A DNA stretch of 64,000 bases from Carpediemonas membranifera BICM (GCA_019828565.1 JAHDYR010000038.1:1128552-1192551); one strand, 5' to 3'. Positions 36,907-50,685 are shown, numbered from the stretch's first letter. Numbers and translations: made by a program. Notes: generated by a model not told the origin, from the letters alone.

Positions 36907-39900
36907 CCGGCAGCCGCCAAGACCTGTATCTCGGAGGCCACGTTCGCCACGCTGAAGGAGGCCGGCCCGGTAATGATCACAAATCATGCTTACACGCTGA
37001 AGATGGCCGACCAGCGACCTTGCGAGGACACCACCGCCGTCATAGCCGAGCTCGTTATCGACGGCATCGTACCAAACGCTGTCGAGCTGACGTGGACCGT
37101 ACCAGTCATCTCCGGGGAGGCCCACAAGTTCCTGTTCGGGGCAGACCTCCTCCGGCACCTAGGCCTCATGTCGGACACGGGCATCAACATTCAGCTACCA
37201 CCGTCAGCGGAGGACCCCGCCGACGATGTCACACCGGCCCAGAATCAATACATCGACGAGGTTGACTCGGAGACTGACGACCTGCCGGACGACGTCTCGT
37301 CCTTCGCCACGCCAACCTTCGACATTGACCCCTCGTTCCCTCTACACGACGAGCTACTCGCTGTGCTCCAGGCCAACGCCGACGTCTTCGACCCCAAGCT
37401 GCCTCTCGGCGGCGCCGACATCGCGGAAGCCACCATTGACCTGAAGCCGGACGCCATTCTGCCACAAGCCAACCCACGCGGCATCCGCGCCGACTGGCTT
37501 CCCGAGATCAAGCGACAGCTCCATGAAATGTACGAAGCCCAGCTCATCCGCGACGCACACGGCCCAGTCTCTAGCCCGGCTGTGATTGTCCAGAAGAAGC
37601 CCGACGCGGACGGACGCCGCCCACTACGACTTTGCGCAGACTACAGGGCCCTCAACGAGGCAACTGTGACTGACGCTTTCCCCATGACAGATGCCCGCAC
37701 GCTCATCCAGGACCTCGTCGGCAGCAAGTACTTCTTCGGTCTAGACCTTCGCCAAGGGTTTCACCAGATGCCATTGAAGGATGCCCACCGTTACCTGTCC
37801 GCGGTGCGGGTCCCGGGCGAGTTTTTCGAATATATGGTCGCCCCGTTTGGCCTAAAGAACCTCCCCGCACAATTCCAGCGGGCCATCGCCAACGTCCTGC
37901 GCCCGGTATACTCAGAGGGCGTCAGGAACTACATAGACGACATCTTTGCTGGCGCGCCATCGCCCGAGGTACTCGTCATGCGCACCCAGCGCACGCTCGC
38001 TCTACTCAGTGACAAGAACATCAGGCTGCGCGCCGAGAAGTGTCATTTTGGCTACCAGACTCTCGACTGTCTCGGCGAGATCGTCTCCGAACACGGTCGT
38101 CGCCCTCAGCCCTCACGCATTGACACGATCAAGAGCCTCCCACGCCCGACGACCACGCACGAGGTACGTCAGATCCTCGGCCACATCAACTACGTGGCAG
38201 ATTTTATCCCTGACTGCCAGCGCATCCTAGCGCCCATCAATGGCCTCCTCCGCAAGGACGCCAAGGTCGTGTGGACTTCAGCACACCAAGAGGCTATCGC
38301 GGCTGTTCTGACACAGCTCGCCTCTGAGGAGTCACTCGCCATACCAGACCTCTCCAAACCCTGGCGCCTCGAGACGGACGCTAGTCTCCTCGGCCTAGGC
38401 GGCATACTGCTACAACAGCAAACGCCCACAGACTGGAGAGTCGTCGCCTACTTCTCCAAGGCGTTCTCGGACGTTCAACAAAGATGGAGCACCTACGACC
38501 AGGAGATGTATGCTCTGATATACTGTCTGACACGTCCTGACATGTACTCTCTCTTCCTGGGCCACCCCGATCTGACCGTGTTCACCGACCACAAGAATCT
38601 GATGGCACTCCACCGCATGGCCGCTCACAATCGGAAGCATCGCCGATGGCTACTGTCGTTCTTGGAGTTCAGACTCAAGATCCACCACGTCCCGGGCGAG
38701 TCCAACGTCACGGCCGACTTCTTAAGCCGTTTCCCTTTCCAGACCCGCCCCGCAGAGATCGCCGAGGTCACGGCTAACACGCTAGAGTCGAGAGTGCTCG
38801 CCTCTCAGAAGGAGCACGCTGACGAGAGACCCTCCAAGCACACCATCGTCAACGGTGTCGTCAAGTATCACGGTCGCACATTCGTACCCGCCGACGCGCG
38901 TCGCGACGTCCTAGCCGAGGCCCACCGGCTGCACTTGGGCGTCAAGAAGACCGCTCAGGCCGTGCGTGACTTGGGTTACGACTGGCCACAGCTCGAACAC
39001 ACCGTATCCGACCTGATCAACGCCTGTTTGATCTGTCAGAAGACCCGTCTGGCGAACTTCATCAAGCTGAAGATGGGCGCGACCCCGAGCAGCACACCAT
39101 TCGAACGCGTAGCCGTCGACACGCTCGGCCCCATCTCAGAGGACTCGGCCGGCAACCGGTATGTCGTCGTGATTACTGACACATTCACGCACTTTACTGA
39201 GCTCGTGCCAGCCCCCTCGAACAATGCAGACGCGGCTGCCGCCGCTATCTGGGCGTCTATCTGCCGCCACGGCATCCCGGCCATCCTGCACACAGACGGA
39301 GGCCCGGAATACGCCAACCGTATCATCACCGCTCTAACCGAGCGCTTATCGGTCACACACCACCGGACCACGCCTTTCCATCCGCAGTCGAACGGTCACG
39401 TCGAACGCGTCAATCGCGAAATCAAGCGCCACCTACGTACCCTAGCGCTGGCATTTAACTCCTTCGACGCATGGTCCACGACCCTACTGCCATATGTCGC
39501 GTGGATAATCAACAGCACGGTTCACAGCGCGACGGGGTTCACCCCGTTCGAGCTACTCTACGGCACACACGCTGCCGACCGGCAGATACCCCAGCCAGAC
39601 AACAACGCCGAGGACGAGACCCCGCTTACCTCTGTCGCCGAATACCTCACCGTCATGGACGCGCTCCTGGCCAAGCTCTGCCGCAAGGCTCACAAACGCC
39701 AGTCCAAGACTCGTGAGGGGGAGGGCAGAGACGCAGTCGGTTCCAGTCAAGCCCGGTGATTACGTCTTGCGCAAGAACCACGCTGAAAGCAAGCTCCACG
39801 GCCACACCGGACCGTTCAAGGTCATTGAGGTCAACCCGTTCACGGCAGTCGTCGTACCGCTCCTCGCCAACGAACCGCGACGCACAGTCCACCTGTCCCA

Positions 39901-40147
39901 CCTCATTCCGCTCAAGTCCGACCTCTCTGAGGGCGAGCTCGCCTACTTCGCCGCTACAGACCAAGAGGAATGGTACGTTGAACGGATCGTCAAGTCCAAG
40001 CCCGGCTTCCTGCGCGTCAAGTGGCTCGGTAGCTCCGAGCTGTCCTGGGAGCCCATCGACGCCGTCCGCCACACTCCCGCCGCCAAGAAGTTCTTAGCCG
40101 CTCACCCCGAGCTGCTCAGGGAGGGCAGTGACGCATCACCTGATTAA
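36907..40147 (+). CDS. Family B pol (rest of PR, RT, RH, IN, chromodomain); frameshift near 39720
   Basis: LDLRQGFHQ, YIDD, TDAS, TDGGPEY, NGHVER, EWYVERIV..RVKWLG..SWEP. Confidence 0.9.
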
Positions 40148-40181
40148 AACGAATTCTCGAATACCCGTCGTTTACGCCACA

Positions 40182-41080
40182 ATAGATCATAAGGCTCGAG
40201 TTTGCTTGGTTCTGTACGGTCGCAAAAGAGGTCTTCGTACTCTTTGAGCAGCTTGATTTGCTGGCTCGCGATATCATCAGGTAGGGTAAGAGCCTTGGCT
40301 TCGAACTTGCTCGGGACGGGTGGATCGTCGGTGGCTTCACTCTCTGGGTCGCTGGGCTGCGCCATCGAGGGTAGCAATCCAATCTCGACCATTTGTCCGT
40401 GCCAAAACTGACATCGTACGCAGTTTTGAGGACGAATGCGCGGATCTTCAGGGCGCAGCCACGTGGCGTGAAGGGAGATGGCCTCAACGTGATCTGTACC
40501 GATACGGTGCCTTCAGCTTCTCGGATTCCACCTGCCGTCTGGATGCGTACAGTATCGTGGTTGATCCAGATCACGGCCGGCGAGGAGCACTGGTTGGGAG
40601 ATATCGTGGCGCAATCAGCGCCAGAGTCAAGTAATACCTTCACTTCTGCCTTATCGATAGCTCCATCGACAACTGGCAACGACCCACCACCTGACGCAGC
40701 AGAAAATAAACACTTCGCCCTGTTTACTGGGGACTTAAAGCGGCAGAACTTCTCGAGGTGGCCCTGCTTCTTGCACACCGGGCATGTGGAACGATCTCGC
40801 GGACACTTGAAGGATGGATGTCCAGTTTCGCCACAGTTGTAGCATACCAGCTCGCGCTTGCCCTCTCCTCGCTGGTTCGAGGGCTTAGAGGCTGGCTTGT
40901 CATGATGATGAGGCTTGATGATGGGTTTGGGGGAGGGGTGACTGGGTTCGTGGTGATGACCGCGATGGGGCTTGCCCGCCTTAGCCTTAGTTGACGACAG
41001 CTTGTCGGTCATCCCGACGGAACGAAGCATGGCGCGCGACTCCTCGATGTCGCGGGCTATATCAATCACACGCGGCATAG
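40182..41080 (-). pseudogene. Element Z gag C-terminus (two CCHC knuckles) and aspartic protease
   Basis: CYNCGETGHPSFKC, CPVCKKQGHLEKFC, LLDSGA. Confidence 0.88.
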
Positions 41081-41172
41081 TGTCAGTGCCTCAGTTATTA
41101 TTATTGCTATTTATAACTACGGGCACACTCACCCCTGCTTCGCAGGTTATGTGTAAATACTGTTGTCGCCAC

Positions 41173-41184
41173 AGAATCGATTCT
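41173..41184 (+). other. Palindrome at the PBS position, family D (AGAATCGATTCT)
   Basis: Perfect 12-bp palindrome starting on the last LTR base. Confidence 0.9.
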
Positions 41185-41195
41185 AGTACAGACTC

Positions 41196-44100
41196 ATGTT
41201 TGCCAAAACCCAAATGACAATTCCAGAGCTCGACGCTATTAACCTCGACCGCGAGAGCGTCCGCTCCTTCAAGAGGCAAGTCCAACGCCTCAAGGTGTTC
41301 GCACCTGACGCGAAAGCCTCCCTTTTCCTCACCGACGCCTTGTCGGATCTCATTCAGCGACAGTTCGACCTCAACGCTGAAACCATCACCGAAGAGGAGC
41401 TCTTCAAGCACCTCGACAAGCTCGTCGGCCCTCAAACATCCCGCCAATGGCTCGCCGAGCTGAGCAAGGTCCGCTGTGAATCCACTATCACCGACCTCAA
41501 CACCCGCACCGTCCTTGTGCGCAAGTACATCAACGCATTCCAGGACATCTCCAGCTCTACACAAAGGGCACATTCTCCGAAGAGGAGAACCTCTCCCGCG
41601 ACGACGATACCGTCATCGAAAAAGCCACCAAGCTGTGCCTCTCCCATCTGGCACCTGACGCTTTCCAACGTGTCGTCCGCACGGAGTATGACCTCCGAAA
41701 TCCAACCAAGCTCGAGGACGTGTACAAACTCATCACCGAGGCCGCCCGGGTTGAAGACCAGCTTCGCCTGGACATGACGCGCTACGGCTACGATCTAGTG
41801 CGCACCAAGAAGGCCAGAACCAAGGCTAACAGCGACCCCGACACTGACGAATCCTCCAGCACCAAGCAGGCCCTCCCCATCAAGGCCAAGGAAGCGGCTC
41901 CCACCTCCAAGCCGCGTCCGAACGACATCCATCCGACCAACAGGCCCCCGAAGACCCCTTGCCCCATCTGCCAGGGCAATCACTGGCGGAACGAGTGTCC
42001 CCGTTCAGAGAAGACACGCTCCAGGGGAGTCGGGCGGCGGCCTCAGAGCCAAATCTGAGCTCAAGGCCAAGACCCCGTTCGAGGCCATGATCCTTGACGA
42101 TGCCGAGATCGACACCGAGGACGACGTGCTCAAGACTACGGGCCATATAAATGGCCAAGAGTACGTGTTCCACATTGATTCATGCGCCAGACGTTCAGGA
42201 GTTTCGGAGGGACTAGCAAAGGATCTCGCCCTACCCCATTCAACGGGCCCTACGCGGCATTATTTACTGGCAGACCAGTCAGTGGCCACCGCTAATGGCC
42301 GGACCTCCGCGGACCTCCGAGTGGCCCTAGCTGGCCACGAGACCCGCTTCACTGCCAACCTCGACATCATACCAGGGAAAAACCCCCTGATCCTCATAGG
42401 CTGCGATATTCTGAGAAGCCTCGGATGCCTCACTTCCGATGGCCTTTTTGTTAAGCTCGTGAAAGAAACCGCAGCAGACGAAGGGGACGATATTCCTTTC
42501 AGACCAGCAGAAGAATTACTGCTGGCCGACGACGTACAGCCCAACATTGAGATCGAGGAGCTTAAGCAACCGATCACAGCGATATTGGTGCAGCACCCTC
42601 ACGTTTTTGACGGCCTGGCGCCCGGAGGAGCCAAGGTGCCCGCCATGCGCATCCCGCTAGTGGACGAACAGCACCTCGTGCAAGCCAAGCCCCGCCGCCT
42701 CAATCCCAGACGCCGTGAGCAAGTCAGAGAAGAGCTGCAGCGCCTGCGATCGGCAGGTATCACACGGGCCTCACAGGGACCGTTTGCCTCTCCCCATTGT
42801 CGTCGTAGACAAGGCATCCGGCGCCATCAGACTGTGTATTGACTATACAGCTCTCAATAGGATCACAGTCAAGGACCACTTCCCCCTCCCCCGACTTGAA
42901 GTCGTTTGTACGGGAAGCATCCGGCTCACGCTTCTTCGCGGCGCTGGACCTCACGTCCGGGTATCATCAAGTCCCAGTCCACCCGGACGACGTCCGCAAG
43001 ACGGCTATGATCACCCCAGACGCGTATGACGAGTTCGTGCGGGTGCCATTCGGCCTAGCAAATGCGCCGTCTCACTTCCAAAGAGTCATGCAAGGAGTCC
43101 TCGCACCCGTGCTTCACAAGGGTGTTATGGTCTACATTGATGACATCCTCATCCACGCAAAGACACAGGAGGAATTCCTCCAGACGCTAGAGCACACCTT
43201 AGTGCTACTCGATCGCCATGACTTGAGACTTAACCTCGCGAAGTGCAAGTTCGCCTCCCGTAAGGTCAAGGTCGTCGGCTTCGACATCTCGGAGCAAGGT
43301 CGCAGCGTGGACCCCGAGAGAGCCAAGGCCCTCAACGACATCACATCTCCCACCTCTGTCAAGGACATGCGACGCATCGCTGGCATGTTCAATTACATCG
43401 CTGAGCACCTTCCGCGCGCACAGGAGCTTCTTGGCCCGCTCTATGACGCAATCAAGGCCGAGGAGTGGGGTGATCCACAAGAACAGGCCCTCCAGAGCCT
43501 CAAGGAGGCCACAGCGGAGGCCATCACCCTCACCCAGCCGGACCCGGGTCTACCCTGGCATCTCTATACAGACGCGTCCGACAACGCGGTCGGCGGTATT
43601 CTATATCAGATCGCTGCGGACGGCCAACATCAGCCCGTCACGTTATTCTCCAAGAGACTAACTGATGTGCAACGCCGCTGGTGCACCTATGATAAGGAAC
43701 TGTATGGTATCCTTAGTGCACTCACCAGATCAGACATGCAGCCCCTGTTCACCATGGCCACGGACCTACACGTCCACACGGACCATCGCAATATCGTCTA
43801 CCTCATGAAGCGCTCGGACTGCTCACCGAAGGTAATGCGCTGGAGGATCACCCTCCAGCAGTTCCCCGCGGAGATATCACATGTGGCAGGGGAGGACAAC
43901 GCTGTAGCAGACGCTCTTAGTCGCTGCTGCTTCCTGACCACTGACGACATACCAGAAGACGCCCGCGCCATCCTCCGGACCCTTCATGGAGGATCCGCCG
44001 GCCACCCATCAGCCAGAATCATCCGCAGGCTGGCAACGCCAGCTCAACGCGAGACCATTGACCCCTACATCGACGCCTTCGTTCGGACCTGTCCGGCATG

Positions 44101-44965
44101 TCTGAAGACTCGACAGATCCAAGCGCGCCAGACCGCGTGGCATAGCACGCAGAGGGTAGAGCCGTTCGAGACAGTCCAGCTGGACACGATCGGGCCCCTG
44201 CCCGAATCCACTCGGGGCAATCGATATATCATCACCATCATTGACTCCTTTACCAAGTACGTCGACCTAGTTCCAGTCCGGGACACGTCGGCAGACTCAG
44301 CCGCACAGGCCCTACTCGCATTCGCTGGCCGCTTCGGCATTCCTCAGGAGATCCACACCGATGGAGGATCCCAGTACCGCAACAAGCTTATGGAGAAGCT
44401 TACGAGTGAATTGACCCTCAAGCACCACATTGCTACAGCCTACCATCCACAGAGCTCGGGTATAGTTGAGCGAGCGAATGGCACGGCCGTGCGCGCTCTA
44501 CGCAAACTCATGATGGAAGCAGAGTCCAACGAATGGCAACGATGGCTTTATATGGCCCAATTCCTCGTCAACTCCGCTCCACATCGCACTCTTGGGGGAA
44601 TATCACCCCTCGAGGCCTTACTGGGCATCAGCCCTCGACACTTGAAGACCCCACGCAGCTACACCGACCCCGAGCGCGCATCTACAGCTCTCGCCAGTCA
44701 CATCGAGGCCCTCGGCCGCATCCGCGCACTGAGCAAGCATGCTGTGGAGGAGTACAACGCGGCTAAGCGCCGGGGAGATCACTTCAAGACCACCCACAGG
44801 TGGAAGCCGCACGAGTTTGCGTTTATCATCCCGAGCAGGAAGCCCCAGAAGCTCTCACCCTTCCTCCGGGGACCACTTAAGGTCCTGGGTCGTGGCGAAG
44901 ACCCCAACGTCTACCGACTGAAGGACCTCATTACGAAGAAGGTGGTCCACATCCACGGGGAGCGC
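41196..44965 (+). CDS. Family D gag-pol (knuckle, PR, RT, RH, IN), several frameshifts; continues at 49803
   Basis: CPICQGNHWRNEC, HIDSCA, YIDD, TDAS, TDGGSQY, SGIVER. Confidence 0.88.
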
Positions 44966-45094
44966 TGTCAGCGCGGCACTTCAATCAAATATTTATTTGA
45001 TTGATGATCCGATCCGATCCCCGGGCAGGGTCCCGAATCGTCTTTTTGTTTTGCTTGTAAAGCTTCACCCCCCCGTTTCGTCTGCGAAACGAAC

Positions 45095-45106
45095 AGTATT
45101 AATACT
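45095..45106 (+). other. Palindrome at the PBS position, family E (AGTATTAATACT)
   Basis: Perfect 12-bp palindrome starting on the last LTR base. Confidence 0.9.
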
Positions 45107-45112
45107 AGTTTG

Positions 45113-48100
45113 ATGCAGAACGTTCCTGTGCCGGTTCCTAAACTAGCACTACAAGAATTGAGCCCAAAGACCTGGGCCAACTTCAAGAGAACGATGATCC
45201 AGTTCAAAATCTTCTACCCCGCAGCCACATACGCTGCCTTCCTAGACGCTGAACTCCAAGGTGCCCTAGAGGTCCAGCACAACGTTTCGCTGGCCTCCCA
45301 GTCCGACGACGACGTAATCCGCTGGGTTAACCAGCTCTTGGCGCCCCGAGACCCTCAAGACCTCCGCCTCCGTCTGGAGGCCGTGAAGTGCCAGGTGGAT
45401 GCGAACCACGCCGTGTCGCGCCAACCTTATCCGAGCTTATGCTCGTGCGTTTACAGATGTCCTGGGCTCTGCGGAGTTCATGGCCACCCCGCCAGCTACC
45501 CCTGAGGCGGACGAATCCATCCTCGCCGGGAACACTGACGGCACCGAACCAGAGCCCCCGGCCGATACCACCGTTCCGGCCGCCAGCGAGACCACGTCGG
45601 CCTCTCGGGCTCATCAGCGCATCTTTGCGCAGGGCTTGAGGCCCGCCGCCTTCAGAGATGCCGTTGACTATGCCCAACGTGTAGAACGTCCGTCCTCTCT
45701 GCAGGACCTCATCCAGCTAACTCTCAAGATCGCGGACGAAGATGACGAGGCCCGCGAGAAGGCCCAGCGCTTCGGATACTACGCGGGTCGGGGCCATGCC
45801 CCCACTGGGCCGCAGCGTCAGGGCCCCATAACCCCCTATCGTCCCAAGCCGCTGACCGGACCCAACCCGGGCCGCCAGGATCAGCCGCGGAATAATCCCG
45901 ACCAGAGACGCCAGACCTTCGCCCAGCCACGCGAATCCCCTGGAAATTTCAGGGCTCCCGATTATCGCGCAGGCCGCAGAGCATGGAACCGAGAGAATGG
46001 ATCCCTTCGCCCCGCCAGAGGCAACACCGCTCGCCAAAGTGCCCCTCGCGTGGTGAACACCCTCGATAATGGAGAACAGGTCGAAGATCATGAGGTTTTC
46101 CTCTTAGACGGTGATACCTCCGCGTCCACGGGACCTCTTACCGTGGAAGCCGCGATCGGTGACATTTCTATGCGCGCCATCATCGATACCGGTGCTTCCG
46201 TCACGTGTATCACCAAGCCTCTCGCGCACATGCTTCTTGAGGCCAAGAGCGCCAAACTCGTCGCCCGAGAGCCCATCACGGCCACCCCGGCCTTCGGCAG
46301 TACCCTATCTGTGGATGAGTTCATCGAGACCTCCCTCACTGCCACCCTAGTCGGTAGCCCGGTCCACACCACGATCATCGCCGCCGTCATTCCCGGACAA
46401 TCTCAGAAGGTTCTGATTGGGACCGACACGCTACGGAGCCTGGGAGTCCTGTGTAAGGACGAGCTATTCCTGAAGCTCAGCGCCCAGCCCGACAACCCCA
46501 AGGATGACGATATCCCGCTACCTGTGTTCTCCATCGCTCCAGCCACCGAGGACCCGCTATCGCTCATTCAGATCCCGAACGACGACCTCCGCCCGGAGAT
46601 AGTTGAGCTCGTGAATCAATACGCCGAGCTCTTCAGCGATATTCCCCCAGAGGGCGCCAATGTGCCGCCGATGCACATCCCCATCGCGGAAGATGCCCCT
46701 CTAGTCCAGTCTGCACCGCGCCGTCTTGCCCCGCAGGCCAGAGACGCAGTCGATGCTGAATGCGAGCGCCTCCTTCAGGCCGGCATCATCGAGCCGAGCC
46801 AAGGCCCTTGGGCCAGCCCCATTGTTGTGGTCGGAAAGAAGGACGGACGCATGAGACTGTGCGTTGATTACACGCAGATCAACCGCCTGACGCCGCCAGA
46901 CAACTTCCCGCTACCTAACATCCGGGAGTTCCTTCGCGCAGCCGCAGGCTGCACGGTGTTTGCCTCGCTAGACCTCAAGCAAGGCTATCACCAGGCCCCA
47001 CTTCGAGAGGAAGACCGTCCGCTGTCAGCCTTTGTCACACCCGACGGATACTTCCAGTACCGCCGGGTCCCCTTCGGCCTCACCCGTGCCCCGTCCTATT
47101 TCCAACGCATCATGCAAACAGTACTAGCACCCGTGCTCCACCGTGGCGTGGAAGTATACCTAGACGATGTCCTCATCTATGCTAGGTCTCCCAAGGAATT
47201 CATGACGATCCTTGGCTGCGTCTTCGAGCTCCTCCGGAAGGCCCGCCTCCGCCTCGGAGCCGCCAAATGCACGCTCGGTGCCTCAGAGATCACTTCTGTT
47301 GGGTTCATCATGGACAAACAGGGCATCAGAGTGACCGAAGACCGCATCAAGGCTCTCACGGAGCTCCGTAGCCCTTGCAACCTGAAGGAGCTGCGCATGG
47401 TGCTGGGTAAGTTCAACTATGTGGCCCGACACCTCCCCCAAGCTCAGAAACACCTCGCGACGCTGTCGGAGCTCTTGGCTGGCGTCCCCGCAAAGGCAGG
47501 CTCCAAGAACCGCAGCAAGACGGTCACCATCACCTGGGAGGCTCGCCACGAGCATGCCCTCACCTGCCTTAAAGAGCAGGTCCGCTCCCGGGTCACCCTG
47601 GCCTATCCCGACCTGTCGAAGGAGTGGCATCTGTTCACCGACGCCTCAACGCAGGGGAGTAGGCGGTGTACTTATCCAAGGCCGACCCGACGCGCCGGAC
47701 GCTGAAGTAGTGGCATTCTTCGCCAAGAGCTTCACGACCACACAGAAGGCATGGTCCACATATGAGCAGGAGTTATATGGAATCCTACACGCCCTCTCCT
47801 CCTCCGAGTTGACGCCGCTCCTGAAGTGCCATCCCAAGCTCCACGTCCACACCGATCACCGTAACCTGGTATTTATCCGGAAGAAGTACCCTCAGAACGC
47901 GAAGATCGCTCGCTGGCGCATTACGATGAACGAATTCACGTTTACTCTCGAACATGTCGCTGGCGAGGCTAACACGGTAGCAGACGCCCTATCTCGTGTC
48001 CTCCCCGACCTCAACGTCGACACTGTCTACGCTGTGCACGTGAACGGGAGAGGCGAGGACTTCGTCATGATCGACCCACAAGCTGAGCTCACCAAGGTGC

Positions 48101-49305
48101 ACAACACCGCGGTTGGTCATGTGGGCCCCCCCGAGATGATACGCCGTCTGCGAAAGGCGGGCGTCCAGTGGCCCGGCATGTGGGAGGATGCCCGAGCTTT
48201 CTTCACAACGTGCACCGAGTGCCAGCGTGTCCGCCCAGGCCAGCGCTTGCCGGTCCCCCAACACCCAGACCTGCGGACAATACCCTTCCAGTCCGTCCAG
48301 GTCGACACCCTGGGCCCGTTTGCCCAGGACGAACACGGCCAGAAGTACGTCGTCGTGATCGTAGACGCGTTCTCTCGACACGTTTCTCTATTCCCGACGC
48401 ACACTACGTCAGCAAAAGACGCCGCCGACGCAATCTACAAGTTCTGCGCCGCGTTCGGCGTGCCGGAGTTCATACAGACGGACCAAGGCTCGCAGTACAA
48501 GAACAGTTTAATCGAAGAGCTCACAAGAAGCCTCACGATCGAACACCGCTTCTCTACGCCGTACCACCCCCAAGCAAACGGAAAGGTCGAACGCATGAAT
48601 GCTGAGATCGCCCGTCACATGAGGACGCTCGTAGATGAACACGAAGCCGCTTGGAGCGACATGCTCCCGCAAGTGGCCCTCATACTCAACTCGCGAGTAC
48701 ACCCCGTGACCCATCAGTCCCCGTTGACCCTCCTCTTTGGTCACGACGGCTTCCACAAGGATACTCAGAGTCGGGAGGAGCGCTACACACGAGCCAGGAA
48801 CTCTGTCTCCCGCGACCATGCCAAGAAGCTCGGCCGTGTTGCGTCCACGACCTACCGAGCTTATACCAGCGGGAGCCTCGTACTGCTGGCCCCCATCAAG
48901 CCGATGAAGCTGGCCATGAAGTGGCGCGGCCCGTTCCGCGTCATACAGGAGGGGAAGGTCAAGGGATCGGTCATCATTCAGTCCCTCACCGACGACGCCG
49001 ACCAGTTCACCGTCGCGTCAGAGCGCCTCCGGCCTTTCCACCGCCGCCGAGGCCAGTCACTCGCAGAACTTCGGGCACTCGTAGCCCGCCAAGACCGTGA
49101 GTTCGAGGTCGAGTCCGTCAAGGACCTCGACATGAAGGGTCGCCGTCTCCGTGTCCGCTGGAAGGGTTATGAGCCCGAGGAGGACTCCTGGATCCCGCTA
49201 AACCAGGAGAACTACCGCCTGCAAGCCCTGGACGCCTATCTACTGGATCACCCGACGGCTGTGGCACCCCTCGAGGCGCTGGCTCGTCGTCGCCGCTGGC
49301 GATGA
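45113..49305 (+). CDS. Family E gag-pol (PR, RT, RH, IN, chromodomain); frameshifts near 45415 and 47655
   Basis: IIDTGA, YLDD, TDAS, TDQGSQY, NGKVER, EFEVESV..RVRWKGY..DSWIP. Confidence 0.9.
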
Positions 49306-49802
49306 TGATCCCCATCTGATCGGGACCTTAGCACGTCCTAAACTATAAACTGCTGTCTGAGAAGCTTGATGTTGCTTAATTGAGACTAATGGACCGCTTG
49401 CGAGGAAGAATCCCGTCGAAGATCCGAAGCTTTCGTGAAAGTTCTTGTATCTCGCCAACGAGGGCAACGAGGGCCTATTGAGGCCAATGGAGGTCATTTT
49501 CAGCACCTAGGAGCTCTTTAGCTCAATAACCTCCTTCAATGGAGTTGTTCGTCTTCACGCTCAACTATCTAATCAAACCATCGCATTTGATGGGTTTCGG
49601 ATGAAATATCATAGACCAGTCCTCGCCGCCGCGCCCGTTACTCGTGGTCGTTACCACTGGGAGGGAAGTGTCAGCGCGGCACTTCAATCAAATATTTATT
49701 TGATTGATGATCCGATCCGATCCCCGGGCAGGGTCCCGAATCGTCTTTTTGTTTTGCTTGTAAAGCTTCACCCCCCCGTTTCGTCTGCGAAACGAACAGC
49801 GC

Positions 49803-50060
49803 ATGATCGCAGCGCCCGTCAGCCCAGAGGCGGCCCTCAAAATGGCGGCCCTGGATCACGACGAACTTGTCGTCGAAGCCATCCTGGATCACGACCTGAG
49901 GAAGGAACCAGGCCTGATCAAGATTCTCTGGGCAGGATTCGAACGCTCAGAGGCTACGTGGGAACCTCTAGATGCAGAGAACCGCCAGCTCGTCGCATTA
50001 GACAGTTACTTGTTGACGCTACCGCCCGACGAGCGCTCAAAGCTGGAAAAGCGACTATAG
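49803..50060 (+). CDS. Family D integrase C-terminal chromodomain, separated from its pol by element E
   Basis: ELVVEAILDH..IKILWAGF..ATWEP; continues ...IHGER across the GCGC TSD. Confidence 0.85.
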   Translation: MIAAPVSPEAALKMAALDHDELVVEAILDHDLRKEPGLIKILWAGFERSEATWEPLDAENRQLVALDSYLLTLPPDERSKLEKRL

Positions 50061-50685
50061 AACATCAGCCCATCCTAATCTCATGTTGATGTTGCTTATT
50101 GTACAAACATTCATCCGAACGAACGCAGTTCGAACAGGAACATCATGCATTCCCTCATCGAGAACCGATAGCAGGAAAAGGGGGGAAAGAAGGACTTTCT
50201 AACAAGTATCCTTCGCGTTTCGAACACACCAGGCTCATTCTGGACATCATACCGTCATCACGAACAACTCGCTCATCAATTGATCCGCTGTTCGACAAAA
50301 GTGACCATCCCGGGACTCGAACCCAGACTCCTGGCGAATATCGTGGAGAATATCCTCGAGATCTGACCGAAAGATTTGATGACATCAAAACATATCTTCG
50401 GCACCATCATTCATACGCCCCACTTACAGCTCGAGGGGGGTAGTGTCAGTGCCTCAGTTATTATTATTGCTATTTATAACTACGGGCACACTCACCCCTG
50501 CTTCGCAGGTTATGTGTAAATACTGTTGTCGCCACAATAGCCTGTTCGAGGGAGAAGCCTTCGGTGAGATCCTTAACCTTGTACTGGATGCGTGAGTTAT
50601 CGGGCAGCTTAAAGCAACGCGTGTATGTGTCGCAGAGGACCTCAGAGTCTAGCCCCTGGAAGGGAGATGAGGGTTCTGAACCGTC

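Larger units (their letters stand above)
30667..40181 (+). mobile_element. Chromodomain Ty3/gypsy element, family B (interrupted by C1)
   Basis: Identical 53-bp LTRs (30667-30719, 40129-40181), 4-bp TSD ATAG, PPT AGGGAGGGCAG. Confidence 0.93.
44966..49798 (+). mobile_element. Chromodomain Ty3/gypsy element, family E
   Basis: Identical 130-bp LTRs (44966-45095, 49669-49798), TSD GCGC, PPT GGGAGGGAAG. Confidence 0.95.
41081..50536 (+). mobile_element. Chromodomain Ty3/gypsy element, family D (interrupted by E)
   Basis: Identical 93-bp LTRs (41081-41173, 50444-50536), TSD ATAG, PPT GAGGGGGGTAG. Confidence 0.94.
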
